Shown piece after piece: positions 32,748 through 41,483 of a stretch of 41,538 nt of DNA. The stretch lies in IMG/VR virus record IMGVR_UViG_3300045988_148476. One strand, written 5' to 3'. The position numbers were made by a program, and so were the translations under genes. Each line of letters opens with the position of its first letter. Positions within the stretch are counted from its first letter, which is position 1. This stretch comes from a virus. The notes beneath the pieces were generated by a model. It saw only the letters and a program-made list of their open reading frames with translations, was not told where the DNA came from and made no database searches.

Positions 32748-33692
32748 ATGGCTACCACCGCATTGGGCATCGCACCGGATTCGAGCGGCGCGGGCGTCAC
32801 GCCATTGACGCACAGGCAGATAATCCGCGCCCACTGGGCCAACACCGGCATCGTGAACGGGTTGAACGTTTCGGGTCGAGGCGACCTGACCTACAGCGTC
32901 GGGGCCGGCATGGCCGTATGCTCCCGCGGCGACGCGGACGGATACACGGAAGCGTACTGGGCCGGAGGCCAGACCCCCGCCGTGAGCGCCACCGGAAGCC
33001 AGCCGCGCATCGACTGCATCTGGATCAGGGCCAACGACCCCACCCAGGGTGATGCCGACAACCATGTGGTCATCGGCGTCACGCAGGGCAACGCCTCCCC
33101 CACTCCGTCCGTGCCGGGCGTGCCGGCAGGCGCTACCCGCATAGGCATCCGTCTCATGCCCGCTCACGCCACTTCCACGTCGGGCAGCACCATGTACCGG
33201 TCGGCCACCTACGCGGTTCCCTCCGGCGCTTCGCTCGGCAGGCTCGCCATCGCCCGTTCGACCGCCGACTATCCGATTCCCGAGGACAAGGATTCGGCGG
33301 GCAAGATGGTCTACCACCAGTTGCTGCGCATCGACTTCGCGGTGCCGACGAAACGTCTGGTCACCGTCGAATGGAAGGCGTCGGCCACGGTGCCCTCCGG
33401 CAGCGGCGACGACGCGAACAAGCCCATGGGCAGCTATTTCATGCAGATTCGCCTGGACGCGAAGGTCATCAACGACACGCCCACCACGAACCCGACCGTG
33501 GTCGGCCCCTGCGACGAGATTATGGCGACCCGCTACAGCGCCCCGTACACGGTTTCCTATGACGCCGAGGTCAATGCCGGAGCCCATCAGGTCGCCGTCT
33601 GGGTGGCCGGCAACGCCGATGGGCTGACCTATCCGGTCACCATCCACGGCATCCACCAGCTGCGCGTCAGCGATTCCGGGGTGGCGGACTAG
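32748..33692 (+). CDS. Minor tail / baseplate protein of unknown role
   Basis: ATG at 32748 after GGAGG. 314 aa and beta-rich. Preceded by an unusual pyrimidine-rich 64-nt spacer. Confidence 0.65.
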   Translation: MATTALGIAPDSSGAGVTPLTHRQIIRAHWANTGIVNGLNVSGRGDLTYSVGAGMAVCSRGDADGYTEAYWAGGQTPAVSATGSQPRIDCIWIRANDPTQGDADNHVVIGVTQGNASPTPSVPGVPAGATRIGIRLMPAHATSTSGSTMYRSATYAVPSGASLGRLAIARSTADYPIPEDKDSAGKMVYHQLLRIDFAVPTKRLVTVEWKASATVPSGSGDDANKPMGSYFMQIRLDAKVINDTPTTNPTVVGPCDEIMATRYSAPYTVSYDAEVNAGAHQVAVWVAGNADGLTYPVTIHGIHQLRVSDSGVAD

Positions 33693-34900
33693 TGAGCTGG
33701 CGAGCCTACATCGCGGACACCATCACCGGCCAGCTCATCGCCCCCATCGACATCCCCTCGTTCGCGTGGAGCATATCGGTGTCCGATTCCACGCTTTCCA
33801 CCACCAAGGACAAAGGCGCCGGCGAATACGACGCCAGCGGCCTGACGCTGCCGTGGACGAGCGTGCCCGGCAGCACTCCTGCGGAACGGGTGGCCATGCT
33901 CGCGCAGGACAAGCGTTCCATCGTCCTGTTCTGGAAAACCAGCCTCGACCCGCAGGACCTCGGCACGCCCATCCTCATGGGCTCGATCAGCCCCCGCACC
34001 GACTCGTGGCAGGACACCAGCTTCACGCTCAACAGCGTGATGGAGCTGCTGGACTCGCGCATCCTTGTACGAGAGAACACGTATGGCAGGGCGGCGAACA
34101 GCACGACCAGCGACGAGTTCACTCTGCACGGCTCGTGGCGGGGCATCGCCGCGCAGGTCGGCTACATGTGCACCGACATGAAACCGGGAGGCCGACTGCC
34201 CATCGACTGGAACAACCGCGGCGAATCGGGAAACCATTCCATGGATTTCAAGGGCTTCGACGCGGGCAACCAGTCGTGCCGCCAGATACTCGAATCCATC
34301 GCGAACACCGAGAACGGCATCGACATGCAGTTCCGCCCGTATCTCGCGGGCAACACCGTGCGATTCTCTTTCCAGGCCGCGTCCGACGGCGACGTGCATC
34401 TGGGCCAGTCCACCGTGCACCGGCTCTACTGCCGCCGATACGGCGGCGACCTGGAGAACGTGACCATCGACCACATCGGCCCCGTGATGCGCGTCTATGC
34501 CGCCGGTGCCGGCAGCGACAAGGCTCAACTGGGCTATCTGGCCGAGGATCTGAGCCTGTGCCTGCAATCCGACCCATGGCCGTTGAGGGAGATGACCCTC
34601 TCCAACACGGACACGGACAAGGCCGAGCAGCTGGCCGCCTCAGCACGCGGGAACCTGAACGCGAACCGGCTGCCACTCATGCAGATCAAGGGCGAAGTCA
34701 ACGTGAACGACCATGATTCGACCGGACTGCCCGTCAACCCTTTGGGCTCGTTCTGGCCCGGCGAACGCATGGAGATCGCGCTCGACGGCTTCCCCGGCAT
34801 GAACGACGGCATCTACCAGACCCGCCTCATGCAAATGAGCGGAGACGAAACCGCGCAAGTCAAGCTCACGTTCGACGTGATGACTGACCCTATCAGATAA
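33692..34900 (+). CDS. Tail-associated (Tal-like) minor tail protein
   Basis: 402 aa. GTG overlaps the upstream stop. Called on position within the tail tip module. Confidence 0.7.
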   Translation: MSWRAYIADTITGQLIAPIDIPSFAWSISVSDSTLSTTKDKGAGEYDASGLTLPWTSVPGSTPAERVAMLAQDKRSIVLFWKTSLDPQDLGTPILMGSISPRTDSWQDTSFTLNSVMELLDSRILVRENTYGRAANSTTSDEFTLHGSWRGIAAQVGYMCTDMKPGGRLPIDWNNRGESGNHSMDFKGFDAGNQSCRQILESIANTENGIDMQFRPYLAGNTVRFSFQAASDGDVHLGQSTVHRLYCRRYGGDLENVTIDHIGPVMRVYAAGAGSDKAQLGYLAEDLSLCLQSDPWPLREMTLSNTDTDKAEQLAASARGNLNANRLPLMQIKGEVNVNDHDSTGLPVNPLGSFWPGERMEIALDGFPGMNDGIYQTRLMQMSGDETAQVKLTFDVMTDPIR

Positions 34901-34910
34901 GGAACCGCAC

Positions 34911-37900
34911 ATGGCAGTGCATACCGAAATCGTGCCGTCCGGGGACCCCGCGCTCGGCATCGGACTGGAAGCGTTGAGGCTCGCCCGAATGCGCATGACC
35001 TCCAACGCTGGCAGCAGCTACTGGCCGATGGGCGACGGCACTGGAATACTGGCCGGCCAGCAGGCCGGTGACCAAGGGCTCGTGCTGGTGGACCAGCACG
35101 GCAACAGGATGCCGCTCATCGACACCACGGAAATCTCGCAGAAGGCCGACGACGCCATATCCAAGGCCAACGCGGCCGTCGACGGCATGGAACAGGTGCG
35201 AGAGGACGCGGAAAACGGCGTGAAGGAGGCCAAGGACGCGGCCGCCAATGCGGATTCGAAGGCGCAATCCGCGATCGACGGCATGCAGTCGGTGCGCAAC
35301 GAGGCCGTCAAAGGCGTGAAGGAGGCCAAGGACGCGGCAAGCACCGCGCAATCCACTGCCGCCTCCGCCGCGTCGAAGGCCGACAAACTCGCCACGGAAT
35401 TGGATGGCACGAAGGCGATCGTAGAACGGCATACGACCAAGTTGGGCGAGGTGGAGACCAAGGTATCCAACAGTGTCGAGCACGCGGACCAGGCGCTCTC
35501 CGCGTCAACGCAGGCCGTGCAGACCGCGAACTCGGTCAAGACCACCGCCGACCGGGCATACGATGACGCGCAGTCGGCGCTCACCCAGTCCTCCACGGCC
35601 GTGCAGACCGCCGGCGAGGTCAAAACCACCCTCGAAACCAACTATTTGTCGAAGAAGGATTCCGACGCAGCATACGCGAGCAAGTCGGAGCTGAAGCAGA
35701 CCTCGGACGGGATCACCAGCACGGTCGAGAAGACCTATGCGACCAAGAGCGCGTTGGAGGCGTTGCGGAACATCGCGGACAACGCGGTGGAGACGTGGAC
35801 CGGATCGCAGAAGCCTACCGCGTCGAACGCGCCCGCCTCGACGTGGGCCACCGACCAGCTGCGGAAGCAGCATGCGGGCGACGTCTACTACGACACGTCA
35901 ACCGGCTACTCCTACCGTTGGGGCAGCACGGACGGGGAAACGTATGCGTGGAGCCTGATCAAGGATTCCGACATCACGAAGGCGATAGCCGATGCGGCAA
36001 AGGCCCAAAGCACCGCGAACGGCGCGCAGAAGGGCGTGGACAGGCTCGACGCGGACATCCCCGTCACCTACAGCACGAAATCGGAACTGAGGCAGACCAG
36101 CGAGAGCTTGACCGCGAAGGTCACCGAAGCGCAGCGCGTCGGCCAGAGCGCCTTGGACAAAGCCACTACTGTCGAACAGACCGCTAATGGTCTTAAGACA
36201 ACAGTTCAGGAACAGGCACAGACCATCAAGGGGCAGACCACAACCATCGGCCAACTCACGCAGAAGGCCGACTCATTGACCTCGTCGCTCACGCAGACGA
36301 ACCAGAACGTGGAGACCGCGCAGTCCACGGCGGATACGGCCATCAGCCGCGCCAGCAAACTCGAACAGACTCTCGACGGGTTCAAAACCAGTGTTTCCCA
36401 GACGTATGAGACCAAGGCGGATTCGCTGAAAAAGCAGTCCGCGTTGGAGCAGAACCTGAACGGGTTCAAGACCAGCGTGAGCAACACGTATTTGTCGAAG
36501 ACGGACGCGTCGAAGACGTACAGCACGAAGAGCGAACTCACGCAGACCAATGAGAGCCTGACCGCGAAAATCAACTCCACGGCCACCACGGCGAACAACG
36601 CCTTGAGCAAGGCCGCGAGCGTGGAGGCCACCGCGAACGGTTTGAAGACCACCGTCTCGGAGCAGGCCACCACGCTCAAGGGGCACACGAGCACGATCGG
36701 CCAATTGACGGCCAAGGCCGACTCATTGACCTCGTCGCTCACGCAGACGAACCGGAACGTGGAGACCGCGTTGGCGAACGGCGCGGAGCTGATACGCAAC
36801 CCGGAATGCGATCGCACGCTCGGCAATCCCGACGGCTGGACGAACGGCCTGACCCTATCCGCATCGGGAGCACCGGAGGGTGCCCCGGCACCGACGTACG
36901 GCAAGCTCTCCGCGCGTGACACGACCAACGGGTCCAAAGTGCTCAGACGCGGGCGAACCTACCGGTTCAGCGCGTGGATGGCGCACGATTCCACTGCGAA
37001 GAAACCTGCAGCCCTCGGCTGCTTCTACCATGAATCTAACGGTAACGGCCACTGGGATACGGCGTTCAGAGTGCCGACCTCCCAGTCCGGATGGAAACAA
37101 TGGTCCGGGGACCTCACGATTCCCAAAGCCGCGCGGGAGGACGCGATCGTATGGCTTCAGGTGGGCGGCGCGAATGGCAGCGCGGATGTGACCGGCTGGT
37201 ATTGCACCCTGCTGAGCATACGCGACGTCACCGAGGCCAAGAACGCGCAGACGACGGCGGATACGGCCATCAGCCGCGCCAGTACGCTGGAACAGTCCCT
37301 GAACGGGTTCAAGACCACGGTCAGCCAGAACTACGAGACCAAGTCCGACAGTCTGGCGAAGAAGACCGCGTTGGAACAATCCCTGAACGGGTTCAAGACC
37401 AGCGTGAGCAACACGTACCTGTCGAAGACGGACGCTTCGAAGACGTACGCGACCAAGAGCAGCGTGGAGCAGACCGCGACGAGCATTAAAAGCTCGGTGT
37501 CGGAGACGTACGCGACGAAGACCACGGTGCAGAACCTGAGCACGACGGTCACGCAGACCAAGGAAAGCCTGACCGTCAGCATCAAACAGGCGCAGACCAC
37601 GGCGAACACGGCGAACGGGAACGCCACCAACGCCCAATCCCGCGTCGGCTCATTGGAGGCGTGCATCAGGATGACCTCCTCCGGCGTGAGAGTCGGACAG
37701 ATAAAAAACGGGTCGTTCGTCGGATACAGCGCGCTCGTGTCCACAAGCGGCAGTTTCCAGGTGATTGACAATATTGGCAACAAAGTCTCCGAACTGAACG
37801 CCGGCAGCGTGCTCAGCTATGACAACGGCCGAACCGTATGGTCCATCAAACAAGAAGGTCAGACCGTCACGCTTGACTCGTATGCATCACCGCTGAAGCT

Positions 37901-38216
37901 GGCGTCGTCGGATCTCTATTTCCTCCACTACCCCAAGTACTCCAGCAATAACCACCTCGCCTGTCCGGTGTCGGGTCAGTTCAAGGGCGCCACGAACGTG
38001 AACGGCGTTGCCGTCATCACGCACAATCTCGGATACATCCCCACCCTGAGCATCACCCCCGGCCCATGGGACGGCATCGGTGAACCACAAGGAAAACTGT
38101 TCCGCCCGGTCATATGGGACTGCACAACGACGACTGCCCAAATCCGATTCGTCAGAACCGACACCAACCAGTGGATCGACCGGCAGCCCGTCGCCTTCCA
38201 CTGGTACGCAATCTGA
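34911..38216 (+). CDS. Tail fibre / receptor-binding protein with coiled-coil repeats and an inserted CBM-like domain
   Basis: 1101 aa. Many T/S/Q/A-rich heptad-like repeats (LNGFKTSVSNTYLSKTDASKTY...). The central segment NPECDRTLGNPDGW...YRFSAWM...WYCTLLSIRDV resembles a galactose-binding-like/CBM fold. There is a globular C-terminal domain. Confidence 0.85.
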   Translation: MAVHTEIVPSGDPALGIGLEALRLARMRMTSNAGSSYWPMGDGTGILAGQQAGDQGLVLVDQHGNRMPLIDTTEISQKADDAISKANAAVDGMEQVREDAENGVKEAKDAAANADSKAQSAIDGMQSVRNEAVKGVKEAKDAASTAQSTAASAASKADKLATELDGTKAIVERHTTKLGEVETKVSNSVEHADQALSASTQAVQTANSVKTTADRAYDDAQSALTQSSTAVQTAGEVKTTLETNYLSKKDSDAAYASKSELKQTSDGITSTVEKTYATKSALEALRNIADNAVETWTGSQKPTASNAPASTWATDQLRKQHAGDVYYDTSTGYSYRWGSTDGETYAWSLIKDSDITKAIADAAKAQSTANGAQKGVDRLDADIPVTYSTKSELRQTSESLTAKVTEAQRVGQSALDKATTVEQTANGLKTTVQEQAQTIKGQTTTIGQLTQKADSLTSSLTQTNQNVETAQSTADTAISRASKLEQTLDGFKTSVSQTYETKADSLKKQSALEQNLNGFKTSVSNTYLSKTDASKTYSTKSELTQTNESLTAKINSTATTANNALSKAASVEATANGLKTTVSEQATTLKGHTSTIGQLTAKADSLTSSLTQTNRNVETALANGAELIRNPECDRTLGNPDGWTNGLTLSASGAPEGAPAPTYGKLSARDTTNGSKVLRRGRTYRFSAWMAHDSTAKKPAALGCFYHESNGNGHWDTAFRVPTSQSGWKQWSGDLTIPKAAREDAIVWLQVGGANGSADVTGWYCTLLSIRDVTEAKNAQTTADTAISRASTLEQSLNGFKTTVSQNYETKSDSLAKKTALEQSLNGFKTSVSNTYLSKTDASKTYATKSSVEQTATSIKSSVSETYATKTTVQNLSTTVTQTKESLTVSIKQAQTTANTANGNATNAQSRVGSLEACIRMTSSGVRVGQIKNGSFVGYSALVSTSGSFQVIDNIGNKVSELNAGSVLSYDNGRTVWSIKQEGQTVTLDSYASPLKLASSDLYFLHYPKYSSNNHLACPVSGQFKGATNVNGVAVITHNLGYIPTLSITPGPWDGIGEPQGKLFRPVIWDCTTTTAQIRFVRTDTNQWIDRQPVAFHWYAI

Positions 38217-38234
38217 TTTTCGAGAGGAAACATC

Positions 38235-38531
38235 ATGCCAGACAAGACCACGGAACCAGCCATGCAGGTCATCGACCTACGCCCACCGGATGACGGCATC
38301 CTCGCCCAAATGCTCCGACTCGGACTCCGGTTCGACCATTCCGACGACGGGTCAAGCCAGTCATGGATAGACCCGGAACGGCAATTGAGAGCCGATTTCG
38401 CCGGCGTTGATGCCGAAACCGTTGTTTTCACGGATTTACAGACCCGGCTCTGCACGGAGGTGCCCGCCGCGAATCTGCCTCGAATCTCGGACATCATCAC
38501 ATGGCAATCCGCCCAAGGGTCGGAGGACTGA
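38235..38531 (+). CDS. Hypothetical protein (98 aa)
   Basis: ORF after the fibre gene, with GAGAGGAAA SD. No assignable motif. Confidence 0.55.
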   Translation: MPDKTTEPAMQVIDLRPPDDGILAQMLRLGLRFDHSDDGSSQSWIDPERQLRADFAGVDAETVVFTDLQTRLCTEVPAANLPRISDIITWQSAQGSED

Positions 38532-38929
38532 TGGATTGGGACGCGATCATAGGCGGACTCATGTCAAGTCCGCTGCTCCTGCTCGCCATGGCCGTCATCG
38601 GCAAGCTATGGCCGGACACGCTTCCCACGTTCTCCACATGGCTCTACTCCCACGTGGATCCCGGAAAACTGCCGTTCGACAGCGAGATGAACGCGCATTG
38701 GGCTCAGTCGCGCGAACTCGGTGAACGTCTCGACCGGTTCGAGGCGAACCAGCACGAGGTGCAGAAGGACACCATCAAGAACACTCTGCTGACCCTCATG
38801 TCGGATTCGACGCGAGACCACAGCGAGGCGATCCGCTACGAACTCGACAAGCTCAAGGCCATCAACGCGGACTGCTGGGTCGTCGACGCCGCCGAACAAT
38901 ACCTCCTCGACCGCGTGAAACGGTCGTGA
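38531..38929 (+). CDS. Membrane protein of the lysis region (132 aa, N-terminal TM)
   Basis: ATG at 38531 overlaps the upstream stop, with GGAGGA SD. TM helix LMSSPLLLLAMAVIGKLW. Confidence 0.6.
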   Translation: MDWDAIIGGLMSSPLLLLAMAVIGKLWPDTLPTFSTWLYSHVDPGKLPFDSEMNAHWAQSRELGERLDRFEANQHEVQKDTIKNTLLTLMSDSTRDHSEAIRYELDKLKAINADCWVVDAAEQYLLDRVKRS

Positions 38930-38964
38930 CCATCAAACCAAAACCCAACAGAAGGAGATCAATC

Positions 38965-39402
38965 ATGGCAAACACCGCCAAAGCCGACCACAAGGCCACC
39001 TCGAACATGGCGAAGCTGACGCAGGAGCGAGTCAAGGCCATCGTGCTTTTGATCGTGCAGCTGTTCTCGGTCGTCCAGACCGGCCTGAGTCTGGCCGGCA
39101 TCAGCCAGCTGCCATTCACCTCTGACCAGGTATCCACCGCCATCACGGGCGTGATCGCCGTCATCACCAGCATCTACGCGTGGTGGCGCAACAACAACAT
39201 TACCGCCGCCGCGGTCGCCGGCCAGCGGATCACGGATCGCGTCAAGGCCGGCGCGCAATCCAGCCTGACCAGCATCGACCCGGAGCTCATGCCCACCGCG
39301 ATCCAGCTCGACGCGTCGGGCATCGACCCGGACGTGCTCACCCTCATGGCCGCAAACGCCGCCAACGATACCGACGCCAGTGACGTGGAGGAGTCCAAGT
39401 GA
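38965..39402 (+). CDS. Holin
   Basis: ATG at 38965 after GAAGGAG. Two TM helices (IVLLIVQLFSVVQTGLSLAGI; AITGVIAVITSIYAWW) followed by WRNNNIT and an acidic tail. Directly upstream of the endolysin gene. Confidence 0.8.
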   Translation: MANTAKADHKATSNMAKLTQERVKAIVLLIVQLFSVVQTGLSLAGISQLPFTSDQVSTAITGVIAVITSIYAWWRNNNITAAAVAGQRITDRVKAGAQSSLTSIDPELMPTAIQLDASGIDPDVLTLMAANAANDTDASDVEESK

Positions 39403-40088
39403 GCCGCTTCGACCAATGGGCCGCCTCCAACACGGGAGCATGGCGCGACCTCGACGGAGCCTACGGGGCGCAATGCTGGGACCTTTTCTGCGCATTGTGC
39501 GTCGACCTCATGGGTGCCAGCGTCAGCGACTGCCATACCGCGCGCTCCGGCAAATGGGCGGGCTGGGCCGGCAGCCTATACACGGGATTCCCCACCACCG
39601 ATTGGATCGGCCGGCACTTCACGCGCATCCCCGCCTCGCAGCCCGGTTTGAAGGGCGACGTCATCCTCTGGGGCGGCGACGCCAACCACCCCTGCACTCA
39701 CGTGGCGATCCTCCTGGCCGACGTGAGACCGGGAGCCAGCCCGTACGTGCTCGCCCAGAACGCGGGAGCGACCATGAACGCGCGCCGCATGTGGGAGACG
39801 CCAGCCAGCCTCGGCTACCTGCGGCCGAAAGACCGCAGCTTCATCACAGGAACAACCAACAAGGAGAACAATGATATGAACGGTCTTGCATGCATCGTCC
39901 AACTTAACGACGAAAACGGCTTGCACTATTTCGACGGGAGCAGGCTCCACCCGCTCAAGGACCCGGACGACGTGGTCGCGTTGAACATGGTCGCCAAGGC
40001 GACCATCGGCCACGACCTGCCGGCCCTCAAGGTCGGCAACAACCGGGCACCGTTCGGCACGCGACTACGCGAAGCAGTCGAAGGCTAA
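39399..40088 (+). CDS. Endolysin with N-terminal CHAP domain and small C-terminal domain
   Basis: Catalytic Cys context GAQCWDL and His context CTHVAIL. Linker TGTTNKENND. About 70-aa C-terminal module. Confidence 0.85.
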   Translation: MSRFDQWAASNTGAWRDLDGAYGAQCWDLFCALCVDLMGASVSDCHTARSGKWAGWAGSLYTGFPTTDWIGRHFTRIPASQPGLKGDVILWGGDANHPCTHVAILLADVRPGASPYVLAQNAGATMNARRMWETPASLGYLRPKDRSFITGTTNKENNDMNGLACIVQLNDENGLHYFDGSRLHPLKDPDDVVALNMVAKATIGHDLPALKVGNNRAPFGTRLREAVEG

Positions 40089-40104
40089 AACGCCCACTGA
40101 AACG

Positions 40105-40151
40105 AAAACCGCCCCTCCCCCAGCAGCAACGCTGGACGGAGGGGCGGTTTT
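40105..40151. terminator. Bidirectional rho-independent terminator between the lysis operon and the convergent accessory operon
   Basis: AAAACCGCCCCTCC-19 nt loop-GGAGGGGCGGTTTT. A-run and T-run lie on either side. Confidence 0.85.
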
Positions 40152-40166
40152 CGCGTATCCGCGCGA

Positions 40167-41057
40167 TCAATTGGATGCGTTTATGACCCAAGCATGATCT
40201 CCGCTGGAGATGATCTTCACGGCATTCGATTGGTGAAAAAGAATCATGAACACATGATGGATGGAAAGAACCATATCCTGTATGACGTCATCATCCTCAA
40301 GCGTCTTGACTATAAGTCCCATGCTTCTGGCGGTGTCGATGGAAAAATGCCTGTCATGCATGCCCGAATCCGCATGGGAGGTAAGACGGCTAACGACCTC
40401 ATCTACCTTTTCCGGATTCTCCGCAAACATGTTTTCCTTTAGACTCTTCGAGAGAATCTCAGCCGATACCCTCAAGGCTTTCTCGCTCTCGCCGATGTAG
40501 GCGGGAGGATATTTCCCGATGATAGTGCCCCAGAGGGCGGCCATGCCCGGGTCTTTTCTTACCGATTCCACGGCCTTTTGAAACTCCTCCACGATTCCGC
40601 TTGCCGGGGTGCCGCCGAACTGGGGGTCGGTCGGGCCAATCGATGACTGACGTCCCATGTATATTTCCCGGCAGGCGCAAGCCATCATGGTTCCGCCCGA
40701 CATAGCAAGCTGTGGGACAAAGGCAACCATGTCTCGACCAAAGCAACCATGCAGATAGGATATGACGGATTCGGTGGCCGCCACCGCACCACCCGGCGTG
40801 TGAAGAACCAGATCAAGTCCCTTTGACCGGTCCATGTCCTTGACGGCGTTCATGAAACCGTTCATGTCCAGATCGTTGATACCGGTGTCATCACGGTTCG
40901 GCTTCTGAAGCCAGCTGGAATAATAGCAGATCACGTTTCTGCCACGTTTTGCGGAGAACGCGGCGATGCGTTCCCGAATCATGTGATCCAGCACGGACTC
41001 CTCGCCGTTCTGTTCCCGGCTGTTCACCTCGTCCAAGGTCTCTCCCCACGATGGCAT
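40167..41057 (-). CDS. SDH-family (serine dehydrogenase proteinase, ClpP/SppA-fold) serine protease
   Basis: LVLHTPGGAVAATESV and PQLAMSGGTMMACAC (nucleophile Ser context) match the Clp-fold SDH pattern. 296 aa. Confidence 0.85.
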   Translation of the reverse strand: MPSWGETLDEVNSREQNGEESVLDHMIRERIAAFSAKRGRNVICYYSSWLQKPNRDDTGINDLDMNGFMNAVKDMDRSKGLDLVLHTPGGAVAATESVISYLHGCFGRDMVAFVPQLAMSGGTMMACACREIYMGRQSSIGPTDPQFGGTPASGIVEEFQKAVESVRKDPGMAALWGTIIGKYPPAYIGESEKALRVSAEILSKSLKENMFAENPEKVDEVVSRLTSHADSGMHDRHFSIDTARSMGLIVKTLEDDDVIQDMVLSIHHVFMILFHQSNAVKIISSGDHAWVINASN

Positions 41058-41060
41058 GAG

Positions 41061-41306
41061 TCACGCACCGATCTTGTTGGACGCGGTGGTCGGCCCTGCA
41101 TCATGATTCCATGAGCAGGCTTCCCACAGACTACGAGCGGACATATGCGATGGCCGATTCCATTGCGCGTCGGGAACAATTCTCCTATAGTCATTCAGCA
41201 ACTGTTTTTCGTGCTTGTCCAGTTTCTTTTCCATACGGGTTTCCTGATCCATAACCACAGTGTATCCGGCAAGTATGTAAATCGCCATAATCGCATCAAC
41301 TGCCAT
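41061..41306 (-). CDS. Small N-terminally TM-anchored protein (81 aa), co-operonic with the protease
   Basis: Only 3 nt separate its stop from the protease start. TM helix AIMAIYILAGYTVVM. No clear SD. Confidence 0.55.
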   Translation of the reverse strand: MAVDAIMAIYILAGYTVVMDQETRMEKKLDKHEKQLLNDYRRIVPDAQWNRPSHMSARSLWEACSWNHDAGPTTASNKIGA

Positions 41307-41386
41307 GATAAAGAGCCGCCTGGCCTCCTCAGACTCCGAGAGTCCGATGGGACTTTCGGGTTAGGGAGCGGGTTTCAGGGGCTCAA

Positions 41387-41411
41387 TTTTTGCCCACATT
41401 TTGCCCACATT
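41387..41411. repeat. 25-nt repeat TTTTTGCCCACATTTTGCCCACATT; candidate integrase arm-type site (P side)
   Basis: Exact match to 125-149. Lies 72 nt from the 55-nt core. Confidence 0.7.
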
Positions 41412-41425
41412 TTTCGTAAAAACAG

Positions 41426-41460
41426 GTTAAAAACCGTTAAAACCGGTTAAAACGAAAAAA
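41426..41460. repeat. 10-bp-phased GTTAAAAC repeats / A-tracts between the arm repeat and the core
   Basis: GTTAA starts at 41426, 41436 and 41446, then GAAAAAA at 41454. Inverted orientation relative to the 1301-1355 array. Confidence 0.8.
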
Positions 41461-41483
41461 GCCGCTCAGCCCTACTCCCGCAA

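Noticed and set aside
36264-37448. Whether the fibre-gene repeats could be a shufflon, an invertible segment or a DGR target/template pair.
   Set aside because: All repeats are in direct orientation. No invertase (Rin/Hin-type serine recombinase) and no reverse transcriptase is encoded in the window. The mismatches are not adenine-specific.
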